NCBI GenBank assembly: GCA_024695145.1
Contig: JAILIS010000039.1
Coordinates: 3,300 to 67,299 of the forward strand
Origin: Lachnospiraceae bacterium
GTDB lineage: Bacteria > Bacillota > Clostridia > Lachnospirales > Lachnospiraceae
Reading direction: 5' to 3'
DNA length: 64,000 nucleotides
Shown here: positions 19,227 through 28,019 of the stretch, piece after piece
How the letters are laid out: every line of letters begins with the position of its first letter
Position numbering within the stretch: position 1 is the first letter of the stretch
The notes under the pieces: generated by a model
The model's input: the letters and a program-made list of their open reading frames with translations, nothing else
Database searches by the model: none
Told to the model about the DNA's origin: nothing
Translations under genes and position numbers: made by a program

Positions 19227-20525
19227 ATGGTTAAAGCGGTAGTCGGTGCCAACTGGGGTGATGAAGGCAAAGGAAAGATCACGGATATGCTCGCTCAGAA
19301 CGCTGATGTTGTTGTGCGTTTTCAGGGCGGAGCCAATGCGGGGCATACCATTAAGAACAGATACGGTAAATTTGCACTCCACACTCTCCCGTCAGGCGTG
19401 TTCAATGAGAATACGGTAAATATAATAGGCAACGGAGTGGCACTGAACATCCCGATACTCATGAAGGAACTCGAGGATATAGTTTCAAAGGGTGTTCCCA
19501 AGCCCGTGATCCTGATCTCGGAGCGGGCCCAGATCATCATGCCCTATCATATCAAATTTGATGAGTACGAAGAGGAGCGTCTCGGCGGCAGATCATTCGG
19601 ATCGACCAAGTCGGGGATCGCGCCTTTTTACTCTGACAAATTTGCCAAGATCGGTTTCCAGGTCAGTGATCTGTGGGACAGTGAAAAAGCACTCATGCAG
19701 AAGATAGAAAGCGTGTCTGTACAGAAGAACGTTCTGCTTGAGCATCTGTATCACAAGAGTGCTATCGATCCCGAAGAGACTTTTGCCACCCTTATGAAAT
19801 ACAAAGAGATGATAGCCCCGTATGTATGCGACGTTTCATCATTTTTATACGACGCTTTAAAGGCGGATAAGACGATCCTTCTCGAAGGACAGCTCGGAAC
19901 GCTCAAAGACTGCGATCACGGTATATATCCCATGGTCACATCATCAAATACCATCGCGGCTTACGGAGCTGTCGGATGCGGGATACCGCCGTATGAGATA
20001 AAGCAGATCATCTCTGTCGTAAAAGCTTATTCGTCATCTGTAGGTGCGGGAGAATTCGTCAGTGAGATACATGATGAAGAGGCAGCGGATGAACTGCGCC
20101 GCCGCGGAGGTGACGGAGGCGAATACGGTGCCACGACCGGACGTCCGCGCAGAATGGGATGGTTCGACTGTGTGGCGACACATTACGGATGCCGTCTTCA
20201 GGGGACAACGGATGTTGCGTTTACGGTTCTCGATGTACTCGGATATCTCGATGAGATACCTGTATGTGTCGGTTATGAGATAGACGGAAAAGTGACGAAA
20301 GAATTCCCGGTGACGAGACTGCTTCGCTGCGCAAAGCCCGTTTACGAGACGCTTCCCGGGTGGAATTGCGATATCTCCGGAATACGAGAGTATGAAAAGC
20401 TTCCCGAAAACTGCAGAAAGTATATAGAGTTCATCGAAAAGCATATAGGTTATCCAATCACCATGATAAGCAACGGACCTGCGAGAGATGATATCATCTA
20501 CCGCAGGTCGCCGCTTAACAAATGA
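19227..20525 (+). CDS. purA: adenylosuccinate synthetase
   Basis: 432 aa. The P-loop GANWGDEGKGKITD, GGANAGHT and the TTGRPRR motifs are present. Confidence 0.95.
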   Translation: MVKAVVGANWGDEGKGKITDMLAQNADVVVRFQGGANAGHTIKNRYGKFALHTLPSGVFNENTVNIIGNGVALNIPILMKELEDIVSKGVPKPVILISERAQIIMPYHIKFDEYEEERLGGRSFGSTKSGIAPFYSDKFAKIGFQVSDLWDSEKALMQKIESVSVQKNVLLEHLYHKSAIDPEETFATLMKYKEMIAPYVCDVSSFLYDALKADKTILLEGQLGTLKDCDHGIYPMVTSSNTIAAYGAVGCGIPPYEIKQIISVVKAYSSSVGAGEFVSEIHDEEAADELRRRGGDGGEYGATTGRPRRMGWFDCVATHYGCRLQGTTDVAFTVLDVLGYLDEIPVCVGYEIDGKVTKEFPVTRLLRCAKPVYETLPGWNCDISGIREYEKLPENCRKYIEFIEKHIGYPITMISNGPARDDIIYRRSPLNK

Positions 20526-20543
20526 TATATAAATGAGATCTTT

Positions 20544-21473
20544 TTACTCAAACAGAGCCGTTGAATAGTATCTGTCACCGCTGTCCGGAAGAAGGGCCAC
20601 TATTGTTTTGCCCTTGTTCTCGGGTCTCTTTGCAAGCTCGATAGCGCCGTAAAGAGCTGCTCCGCTTGATATTCCGACGGATATCCCTTCCTTCTTTGCA
20701 AGAAGCTTTGCGGTATCAAATGCGGCCTGGCCGGGTGCTTTGAACACTTCGTCATAGATCTTGGTGTTTAACACATCGGGAACAAAGCCTGCTCCGATAC
20801 CCTGGATCTTGTGTGCTCCGCTTCTTCCTTCGGAGAGCACCGGTGAATCTTCGGGCTCAAGAGCCACAACTTTCACGTTCGGATTCTGCTCCTTGAGATA
20901 CTCTCCGGTCCCCGTAACGGTTCCGCCTGTTCCCACGCCTGCTATGAATATATCAACCTTTCCGTCAGTGTCTTTCCATATCTCGGGACCCGTGGTCGCC
21001 TTGTGGATGGCCGGATTGGCGGGGTTGACGAACTGTCCCGGAATAAATCCGCCGGGAATCTCTTTTGCAAGCTCCTCTGCCTTTGCGATCGCACCCTTCA
21101 TTCCCTTTGTTCCGTCAGTGAGCACTATCTCCGCACCATATGCCTTTAGAATGTTCCTTCTCTCAACACTCATCGTCTCGGGCATCGTAAAGATCGCTCT
21201 GTATCCTTTTGAAGCGGCGATGGCCGCAAGACCGATACCTGTGTTTCCGCTTGTGGGCTCGATTATTACCGATCCTTCCTTAAGCACTCCTCTCTTTTCG
21301 GCGTCTTCGATCATCGCCTTGGCGATCCTGTCCTTGACCGAACCGGCGGGATTGAAATACTCAAGCTTTACGAGGACTGTTGCCTCAAGTCCCAGTTCCT
21401 TTTCAATGTTCGTAACCTCTACAAGAGGGGTGTTTCCTATGAGTTCTACTGCGTTTTTATAAATATTGGCCAT
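20544..21473 (-). CDS. cysK: cysteine synthase A (O-acetylserine sulfhydrylase)
   Basis: The N-terminus is [20 protein letters not shown], with [14 protein letters not shown] (PLP Lys) and [11 protein letters not shown] set the start at 21473, because the track start overlaps the metY 3' end. Confidence 0.9.
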   Translation of the reverse strand: MANIYKNAVELIGNTPLVEVTNIEKELGLEATVLVKLEYFNPAGSVKDRIAKAMIEDAEKRGVLKEGSVIIEPTSGNTGIGLAAIAASKGYRAIFTMPETMSVERRNILKAYGAEIVLTDGTKGMKGAIAKAEELAKEIPGGFIPGQFVNPANPAIHKATTGPEIWKDTDGKVDIFIAGVGTGGTVTGTGEYLKEQNPNVKVVALEPEDSPVLSEGRSGAHKIQGIGAGFVPDVLNTKIYDEVFKAPGQAAFDTAKLLAKKEGISVGISSGAALYGAIELAKRPENKGKTIVALLPDSGDRYYSTALFE

Positions 21474-21492
21474 GATGATTATCTCCTTTTTG

Positions 21493-22773
21493 TTATATTG
21501 CTGCAAATGCATTGTCAAGATCTGCGATTATGTCGTCTATATGCTCGGTTCCTATCGACAGACGGATCGTACCCGGCTTGATATCCTGTTCGAGAAGCTC
21601 TTCCTCAGACAGCTGTGAATGGGTCGTTGTTGCCGGATGGATCACAAGACTCTTTACATCAGCCACGTTTGCCAGAAGTGAGAATATCTTGAGGCTGTCG
21701 ATAAACTTCCATGCCGCATCCTGTCCGCCTTTTATGTCAAATGTGAATATCGATCCCCCGCCGTTCGGGAAGTATCTCTCATATACAGCATGATCGGGAT
21801 GGTCTGCAAGTGAAGGATGGTTGACTTTTTCAACCTTCGGATGCTTTGACAGATACTCAACGACTTTTTTCGTATTAAATATGTGTCTCTCAAGACGGAG
21901 CGAAAGTGTTTCCACACCCTGCAGGAGAAGAAACGCTGCAAAAGGCGAGATCGTTGCCCCCGTATCACGAAGCAGTATCGCACGGATAAAGGTCACGAAC
22001 GCTGCGGGGCCTACTGCATCATAGAACGATACTCCATGATAGCTCGGATTCGGAGCTGCTATGTTGGGATATTTGCCTGATGCCTTCCAGTCAAATTTAC
22101 CGGATTCTACTATTATACCACCAAGTGTGGTTCCGTGACCTCCTATGAACTTGGTTGCGGAATGAACAACGATGTCGGCACCATGTTCAATAGGTCTGAT
22201 CAGAAACGGTGTTCCGAACGTGTTGTCGACCACAACGGGCAGTCCGTGTTTGTGAGCTATTTCGGCGATCGCATCGATATCGGGAATATCACTGTTGGGA
22301 TTGCCGAGAGTCTCAAGATATACGACTCTTGTATCATCCGTAATGGCGTCTTCTACCTCCTTGAGATTGTGTGCATCAACAAACGTAGTCTTGATGCCGT
22401 ACTGGGGAAGCGTATGTGCAAAGAGGTTATATGTGCCGCCGTATATCGTCTTCTGTGCAACCACATGACCGCCGTTTGCGGCAAGAGCCTCGATCGTATA
22501 TGTTATCGCTGCCGCACCCGATGCAAGAGCAAGTGCCTCGCTTCCTCCTTCAAGAGCTGCCAGCCTCTTTTCAAGTACATCCTGTGTGGAATTGGTAAGT
22601 CTCCCGTATATATTACCGGCATCCGCAAGTCCGAAACGGTCTGCCGCATGTTTGCTGTCATGAAATACATATGATGTTGTCTGATATATGGGGACCGCCC
22701 TGGCATCCGTTGCGGGATCCGGTGATTCCTGTCCTACGTGAAGCTGAAGTGTTTCAAATCTGTAATTGCTCAT
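21493..22773 (-). CDS. metY: O-acetylhomoserine (thiol)-lyase / sulfhydrylase
   Basis: 426 aa. The N-terminus [20 protein letters not shown] and [11 protein letters not shown] (PLP Lys) are present. Confidence 0.9.
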   Translation of the reverse strand: MSNYRFETLQLHVGQESPDPATDARAVPIYQTTSYVFHDSKHAADRFGLADAGNIYGRLTNSTQDVLEKRLAALEGGSEALALASGAAAITYTIEALAANGGHVVAQKTIYGGTYNLFAHTLPQYGIKTTFVDAHNLKEVEDAITDDTRVVYLETLGNPNSDIPDIDAIAEIAHKHGLPVVVDNTFGTPFLIRPIEHGADIVVHSATKFIGGHGTTLGGIIVESGKFDWKASGKYPNIAAPNPSYHGVSFYDAVGPAAFVTFIRAILLRDTGATISPFAAFLLLQGVETLSLRLERHIFNTKKVVEYLSKHPKVEKVNHPSLADHPDHAVYERYFPNGGGSIFTFDIKGGQDAAWKFIDSLKIFSLLANVADVKSLVIHPATTTHSQLSEEELLEQDIKPGTIRLSIGTEHIDDIIADLDNAFAAI

Positions 22774-22830
22774 GATACTTTCTCCTTTTCCTGACCTGAT
22801 GATTTTGAATTAACGATGTCCTTTGTCCTG

Positions 22831-22860
22831 ACATAAAAGCAGCCCGGGTATATCCCGGGC
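22831..22860 (-). terminator. intrinsic terminator inside the metY leader
   Basis: On the minus strand, GCCCGGG-AUAUA-CCCGGGC is followed by UGCUUUUAU. It lies ~70 nt upstream of the metY ATG and ~190 nt downstream of the promoter. Confidence 0.6.
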
Positions 22861-23061
22861 ACGTGCTCTTCCATATCTGTTGCATGTGATCCCCGTCACA
22901 TTCGACAACAGACACTATCAGGACATACGGACATTTTGTCACCTGTCCCGGCACATACCCGGAAGCGCTCAGGACAACACCAGATCTTGTCATGCAGATT
23001 ATTTGGTCTGATATACATTCCGTATCTCCTTTCCCTAAGAGTTTTCGCTTGAACTGACGAT

Positions 23062-23090
23062 ACTATAACACCATTAACCTACTATGTCAA
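23062..23090 (-). promoter_or_regulatory. sigma-A promoter of the metY-cysK leader
   Basis: On the minus strand, TTGACA (23090-23085), a 17-nt spacer and TATAGT (23067-23062). Confidence 0.6.
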
Positions 23091-23114
23091 TAGGTATTAT
23101 GGAAAAAATTTTTT

Positions 23115-23633
23115 TCACTTCCCGATCCGCCTCAAAAAAACGGTCTTTGCAAGCGGAACTGCGATAAGGTTCGCAAGCACCAGGCAGACTATTCCCTGCA
23201 TGGCATTACTCATTATCGACGCGGCTGCTGCGAGTCCGTATCCAAGCAGTGTCGATTCATACAGGAAGTACCCGAATACCATTATGATCTCGGCTATGAT
23301 ACCTCCGATGATACGTGCTGCCGCATCCGGAAGATTTCTGTCTGATGAGACCCTGAATATGACAGCCGCGGTAAACGCCATTGCAAACTTGATAACGGCG
23401 GTTCCGGGAACATAAGCAGGATACCCTGACAGAAAATCGGCCAGAGCGGATCCGACTGCCGCAGCGGCAGCTCCGTAAGGATTTCCGAGAAGCCACGCCG
23501 AAAGCAGGACCACGGTATCTCCAATGTTCACATAGCCGTTTGTTCCGGGTGTCGGAACTTTGATTATCATTGTCGCGATGGCAGTCATGGCAGCCAGCAT
23601 TGATGCGGCAACGACAGGTTGCAGTTTTTTCAT
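23115..23633 (-). CDS. ECF-transporter substrate-binding (S) component, unknown substrate
   Basis: ~172 aa and 5-6 TM. The motif GYVNIGDTVVLLSAWLLGNPYGAAAAAVGSALADFLSGY is typical of ECF S components. I set the start at ATG 23633, which has an AAAGGAGGAG SD. No ECF A/T genes are adjacent. Confidence 0.6.
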   Translation of the reverse strand: MKKLQPVVAASMLAAMTAIATMIIKVPTPGTNGYVNIGDTVVLLSAWLLGNPYGAAAAAVGSALADFLSGYPAYVPGTAVIKFAMAFTAAVIFRVSSDRNLPDAAARIIGGIIAEIIMVFGYFLYESTLLGYGLAAAASIMSNAMQGIVCLVLANLIAVPLAKTVFLRRIGK

Positions 23634-23671
23634 AATTCTCCTCCTTTTGTGATGTTTTTTATCGGAACGGT

Positions 23672-24904
23672 TCAGCTGTTCAGCATGATAACGGATGCAA
23701 GACTTCCCCGGTTTCCTTTTGTTCCCCTGTGCGAAAAATATTTTTCGGGATGACACATCGTACACTCTCCCGTGATGTCGATATTCTCCTGACGGACTCC
23801 GAGCATCACGAGTCTGTGCGCAACAACGCCGCGAAGATCGAGCATGAACTTGTCATCCCGCGGAGTGTAATAGCGCTCTGCCGCTTCTCCTGTCAGATCC
23901 TTTACGGCTTCGATCACTTCACCGCCGACCTCAAAACAACAACTGTCAATGGCAGGTCCTATGGCAGCGCATATATCTCCGGGACTGCTTCCAAGCTTTA
24001 CAAATGCGTCGACCGCGTTCTTCTCGATATCCGCAACCGTACTTCTCCAGCCGCAGTGAACGGCACCGGCAATACCGGCTCTTTTATCGTGTAACAGGAG
24101 CGGCACGCAGTCGGCCGTAAAGATCGCGAGCGGTACTTGTGGCCTATTTGTCACATAACCGTCGCACACATTCATCTCACCTTTTCCGTACGCAGGCCGA
24201 AGATCTTTCTCATCCACGATGCAGACCGTATTTTCATGTACCTGTTTCCCGCATACAAAGCTCTTTTGTTTAATACCCGCCGATTCAAGAAATCTCCTCC
24301 AGTTCTCGGTGACACGCGCAGGCTCATCACCCCTGTTCATCCCGAGATTCAATGTGGAAAACATCCCGTCACTGACACCGCCGGTGCGTGTGGAAAATCC
24401 GTGAGGACACGTTATGAGGGCTGACTTTAACGTGTTGATATCTTCTGTAAGATCCCTCCATTCAACGAGCTTCTCGCCCTCATACCTGACCAGCATGTCG
24501 ATCCTCTTTCGTCCGTTCAGAAGAGGTGTCAGAAAGAGTCTGTCGCCCTCCCATGTCGGAAGATCCGGTATCCTGTCTTTCGGAACCCACAAGAGGTCTC
24601 CTTCATCGCAGTCTTCCTTAAGATCTCCCGTAAAACCTTCAGCCGAATACAGATACATATCTTCATCTTCCCATGTATCCGAGACAAACTTTATAATTCC
24701 GTGCAGGTGATAATCGGTGAGCGTAAGGCCGGTCTCTTCATAAACTTCCCTGATCAGGCACTCGTCTGCGCTCTCTCCTTCTTCAAACTTTCCGCCGACA
24801 CCGATCCACTTTCCTTCGTTAAGATCGTTCTCCTTTTTTGTACGGTGAAGGAGCAGGTATTCATTTCTGTCATTTTTGATATAACACAAAGTTGAATTCA
24901 TCAT
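23672..24904 (-). CDS. Nudix hydrolase (MutT-like) fused to a YfiH/PgeF (LACC1-type purine nucleoside enzyme / laccase-domain) protein
   Basis: The Nudix box is GGKFEEGESADECLIREVYEETGL. The C-terminal half has YfiH motifs: HGFSTRTGGVS, KQVHEN, ADCVPLL, HCGWR and CTMCHPEKYFSHR. I set the start at MMNSTL (24904). The longer track ORF would overlap the divergent MATE gene. Confidence 0.75.
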   Translation of the reverse strand: MMNSTLCYIKNDRNEYLLLHRTKKENDLNEGKWIGVGGKFEEGESADECLIREVYEETGLTLTDYHLHGIIKFVSDTWEDEDMYLYSAEGFTGDLKEDCDEGDLLWVPKDRIPDLPTWEGDRLFLTPLLNGRKRIDMLVRYEGEKLVEWRDLTEDINTLKSALITCPHGFSTRTGGVSDGMFSTLNLGMNRGDEPARVTENWRRFLESAGIKQKSFVCGKQVHENTVCIVDEKDLRPAYGKGEMNVCDGYVTNRPQVPLAIFTADCVPLLLHDKRAGIAGAVHCGWRSTVADIEKNAVDAFVKLGSSPGDICAAIGPAIDSCCFEVGGEVIEAVKDLTGEAAERYYTPRDDKFMLDLRGVVAHRLVMLGVRQENIDITGECTMCHPEKYFSHRGTKGNRGSLASVIMLNS

Positions 24905-24971
24905 ATTGTGACGTATTATATCACAAAAAATCAAAACGACAACCTTTTCGTATTGTGGTACAATCCTTTCT

Positions 24972-26357
24972 ATGGATAAAGATAAAATTGCCGCGATCCG
25001 GCAGTATGAGACAATGACAAAAACGCCGGTCCACAGGCTGATCATCATGCTTGCGATACCGACGATACTGAGCATGATGGTCACTACGATATATAATCTT
25101 GTAGATACCGCTTTTGTCGGAACACTCGGAACTTCGGCAAGCGGTGCGGTAGGCGTTGTATTCGGCTTTATGTCGATACTTCAGGCTTTCGGTTTCATGT
25201 TCGGGCAGGGCTCCGGTTCACTTCTTTCGAGAAAGCTCGGCGCAAAGGATCCGGTGACGGCGAGCCGTGTCGCATCGACAGGTTTTGCTGCTTCATTTAT
25301 AAGCGGCGTGGTGATCGCGGTCGGCGGTTTTTTATTTGAGGACAAGCTGATTGCCATGCTCGGCAGCACCGATACTATAGCGCCTTATGCAAAAGCTTAT
25401 CTTAACAACATAATGTTTGTCGCACCATTCTGCTCGTCGAGCTTTACCCTCAACAATATTCTCAGATATGAAGGCAAAGCAAAGCTCGGAATGATAGGAC
25501 TGCTCACGGGCGGGATACTCAACATCGGCGGAGATGCACTCTTCATATTCGGTATGAATATGGGTATCGCGGGAGCGGGTCTTTCAACAGCCATCTCGCA
25601 GGTCATCAGTTTTGCCATTCTGCTCTTCATGTTCATATCCGGCAGGACACAGTCAAAACTGACGTTTTCCAACATAGTGATCAAAGGCCGTATGCTCGCG
25701 GAGATCATAGAGATCGGCTTTCCGTCTCTTCTTCGCCAGGGTCTCGGGAGTCTCGCAACTATACTTGTCAACTTCAAGGCCGCAAGATATGCGGGAGATG
25801 CAGGTGTGTCCGCAATGACGATAGTCACGAGAGTGTCCTTTTTCCTGTTCGCGATCGCTCTCGGTATAGGTCAGGGATTCCAGCCGGTATGTGCCTTCAA
25901 TTACGGCGCCGGTATGTATAAACGTCAGCGGGATGCTTACCGCTTCACCATCATATTGTCGGAGATCGTGCTTGCGGTACTGACTGTATTTGCCATGATC
26001 TTCTCCGGAGGTCTGATCCGGATATTTCGTGATGATCCCGCAGTCATCGAGATCGGAACAAGAGCACTTCGGCTTCTGTGCATTGCTCAGCTGTTCCTGC
26101 CGATAGTGATGGTAACCGAAATGCTGATGCAGTCAAGCGGAAAAAAAATCCCCGCCGCAGTATTGTCGTCACTGCGCGGGGGTATCATCTTCATTCCGCT
26201 CCTGTTCATACTTCCCGCTTTTCGCGGTCTTTACGGTGTACAGGAAGCTCAGCCTCTGTCATATATACTCTCAACGCCCGTCGCGATGCTTATGGCTAAA
26301 CAGTTCTTTCGGACAACTCCAAAAGAAGACAGGTCATCAGACAGTAACGATGTATAA
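24972..26357 (+). CDS. MATE family efflux transporter
   Basis: 461 aa and 12 TM. The N-terminus TPVHRLIIMLAIPTILSMMVTTIYNLVDTAFVG is typical of MATE proteins. Confidence 0.85.
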   Translation: MDKDKIAAIRQYETMTKTPVHRLIIMLAIPTILSMMVTTIYNLVDTAFVGTLGTSASGAVGVVFGFMSILQAFGFMFGQGSGSLLSRKLGAKDPVTASRVASTGFAASFISGVVIAVGGFLFEDKLIAMLGSTDTIAPYAKAYLNNIMFVAPFCSSSFTLNNILRYEGKAKLGMIGLLTGGILNIGGDALFIFGMNMGIAGAGLSTAISQVISFAILLFMFISGRTQSKLTFSNIVIKGRMLAEIIEIGFPSLLRQGLGSLATILVNFKAARYAGDAGVSAMTIVTRVSFFLFAIALGIGQGFQPVCAFNYGAGMYKRQRDAYRFTIILSEIVLAVLTVFAMIFSGGLIRIFRDDPAVIEIGTRALRLLCIAQLFLPIVMVTEMLMQSSGKKIPAAVLSSLRGGIIFIPLLFILPAFRGLYGVQEAQPLSYILSTPVAMLMAKQFFRTTPKEDRSSDSNDV

Positions 26358-26359
26358 GG

Positions 26360-27223
26360 CTATCTTTCGTTTGCCAGGAAGAACAGTGCGATCGTTCCGG
26401 GTCCCGCGTGGGATCCTATTATCATACCTATCTCTGTGATAAGCGCACATTTGTTGCCGCCTTCTGCCACTATCATGCTTTCAAGTTCCCTGGCATCCTC
26501 CAGACAGTCCCCGTGGGATATGAAATACAGGCCACCTGCCGGGTCAAGCGCTGTTTCCATATACTTCTTCGCTATCGTCTTGAGCGACTGTGTCCTTCCT
26601 CTGACTTTCATGATGTTGATGAGATGGCCTTCATTATCGACATGAAGAACCGGCTTGATCCCGAGCACTCCGCCGGCAAATGCCGCGGCTGCACTCACTC
26701 TCCCGCCTCTCTTTAAATAGACGAGATCCTCGACCGTGAACCAGTGTGCCGTCTTCGGAATGATCTCCCTTACATACGATGCAACCTCGTCAAGCGATGC
26801 ACCGTTTTTCTTCTTTTCAACCGCAAGGTGCAGTATCAGTCCCTGACCGGCCGATGCCGCAAGAGTGTCTATCGTAACGATCTTACGGTCGGGATATTCC
26901 TCACGAAGCTCATTAGCAGCCATCTCGGCTGACGATGATGTCGCCGATATTCCGGAAGAAAATCCGAGATACAAAATGTCGTTACCTTCCTTTATCGCTT
27001 CCTCAAACAGATCCTTAAAGTTCTGGGAATTGACGGCACTCGTTTTGCTGACTTCTCCTGCACGCATCCTTGCGTAAAATTCACTCTTCGACATTCCTCC
27101 CTCGGGATGCTCGATACCGTCCTCAAAATGAAACGTAAGTCCCTTAAACCCGACACCCCAGTCCCTGAGTGTCTCAAATTCAATATCACAGCCTGTATCA
27201 GACATGATCACATAATTAGCCAT
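26360..27223 (-). CDS. DegV family fatty-acid-binding protein
   Basis: 287 aa. The MANYVIMSDTGCD start and the overall DegV pattern (TSAVN, ISHGDC) support the call. Confidence 0.85.
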   Translation of the reverse strand: MANYVIMSDTGCDIEFETLRDWGVGFKGLTFHFEDGIEHPEGGMSKSEFYARMRAGEVSKTSAVNSQNFKDLFEEAIKEGNDILYLGFSSGISATSSSAEMAANELREEYPDRKIVTIDTLAASAGQGLILHLAVEKKKNGASLDEVASYVREIIPKTAHWFTVEDLVYLKRGGRVSAAAAFAGGVLGIKPVLHVDNEGHLINIMKVRGRTQSLKTIAKKYMETALDPAGGLYFISHGDCLEDARELESMIVAEGGNKCALITEIGMIIGSHAGPGTIALFFLANER

Positions 27224-27395
27224 AGATCCTCCTCATCAAATGACACAATCTAATTTTCAATATTAGATTATCAAGTGGACTTGATTATGTCAATAGAAAA
27301 AAACTGATGAAATCTTGTCTGCGTAATGATATAATCTTTTTTAAACCGACATACGGCTATGTGTCGTAAATATAACGGAATTCGGAGACAAGAAC

Positions 27396-28004
27396 ATGGA
27401 CTTTGATAAGGAGCTGGTTGCAGGCAAACTCCGCCGCTGGGAAAAATATCTGGAGGATTTCACTCTGCCGTCATGGAACGATATTCCCGATATCGGCCTG
27501 TATATGGAGCAGGTCATCATTCTCCTTCGCGAATATCTCGATTACCTTCCCCCCGAGCTCAAGGATGAGCAGATCATAACCGCTGCCACGATCAACAACT
27601 ATGTCAGAACAAAGATAATGCCTGAACCCGTCAAAAAAAAGTATTACAGGCAGCATATAGCATATCTTGTCATGATATGCACGATGAAGCAGATACTGCC
27701 TATAGCGGTGATATCAAAGATCATACCGATGGACATATCGGAGGATGAGATAAGAAACATCTACGACAGGTATTCCGACAGGCACAAGAAAACGATCAGA
27801 TATTTTCTGAAACAGATAAGACTTGTGGCAGGTCCGATACTCGATCACAAAGAGATCGTTGATGAGTGTGTGACCGATACCGCGGATCTTATAACGATGT
27901 GTACCATATATGCGGGATTTTCCAAACTGATGGCCGAGAAGCTCCTGCTGCTCGACGGCAAGGATCTTTCAAACGGAGGAAGCATAGAGATAAGAAAGAG
28001 GTGA
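27396..28004 (+). CDS. DUF1836-family protein
   Basis: 202 aa. LPSWNDIPDIGLYMEQVIILLREYL is the characteristic DUF1836 motif. It is divergent from degV, a common pairing. Confidence 0.7.
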   Translation: MDFDKELVAGKLRRWEKYLEDFTLPSWNDIPDIGLYMEQVIILLREYLDYLPPELKDEQIITAATINNYVRTKIMPEPVKKKYYRQHIAYLVMICTMKQILPIAVISKIIPMDISEDEIRNIYDRYSDRHKKTIRYFLKQIRLVAGPILDHKEIVDECVTDTADLITMCTIYAGFSKLMAEKLLLLDGKDLSNGGSIEIRKR

Positions 28005-28019
28005 GCTGTCTCACCTCTT
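27996..28019. terminator. bidirectional terminator hairpin spanning two convergent stop codons
   Basis: A 10-bp stem AAGAGGTGAG / CTCACCTCTT with a 4-nt loop. A T-rich tract follows on the plus strand (ATGTTTTTCTC) and a TTTCTTATC tract on the minus strand. The hairpin contains the DUF1836 stop (28002-28004) and the GGDEF gene stop (28011-28013). Confidence 0.6.

Noticed and set aside
22774-23060. Calling the metY leader a SAM-I riboswitch or a Met T-box (an AUGA that could be a specifier is present).
   Set aside because: The core S-box elements (GAGGGA, GGCCC, GCAACC) and the T-box GGUGGUACCGCG sequence were not found by eye. I therefore left it as an unclassified leader in the findings.
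23634-23671. Possible preQ1-I riboswitch (A-rich tail GAUAAAAAACAUCACAAAAGGAGG) upstream of the ECF S-component gene.
   Set aside because: No convincing P1 stem can be drawn in the 38-nt gap, and the substrate family of the S component is unknown.
23634-23765. N-terminal extensions of track ORFs: 23634-23765, 24905-25084, 31583-31834, 39540-39668, 13827-13895, 21474-21518, 10855-10899 and 3452-3520.
   Set aside because: The extensions overlap neighbouring genes or promoter regions and lack SD sites. Internal Met codons have good SD sites and match the canonical family N-termini.
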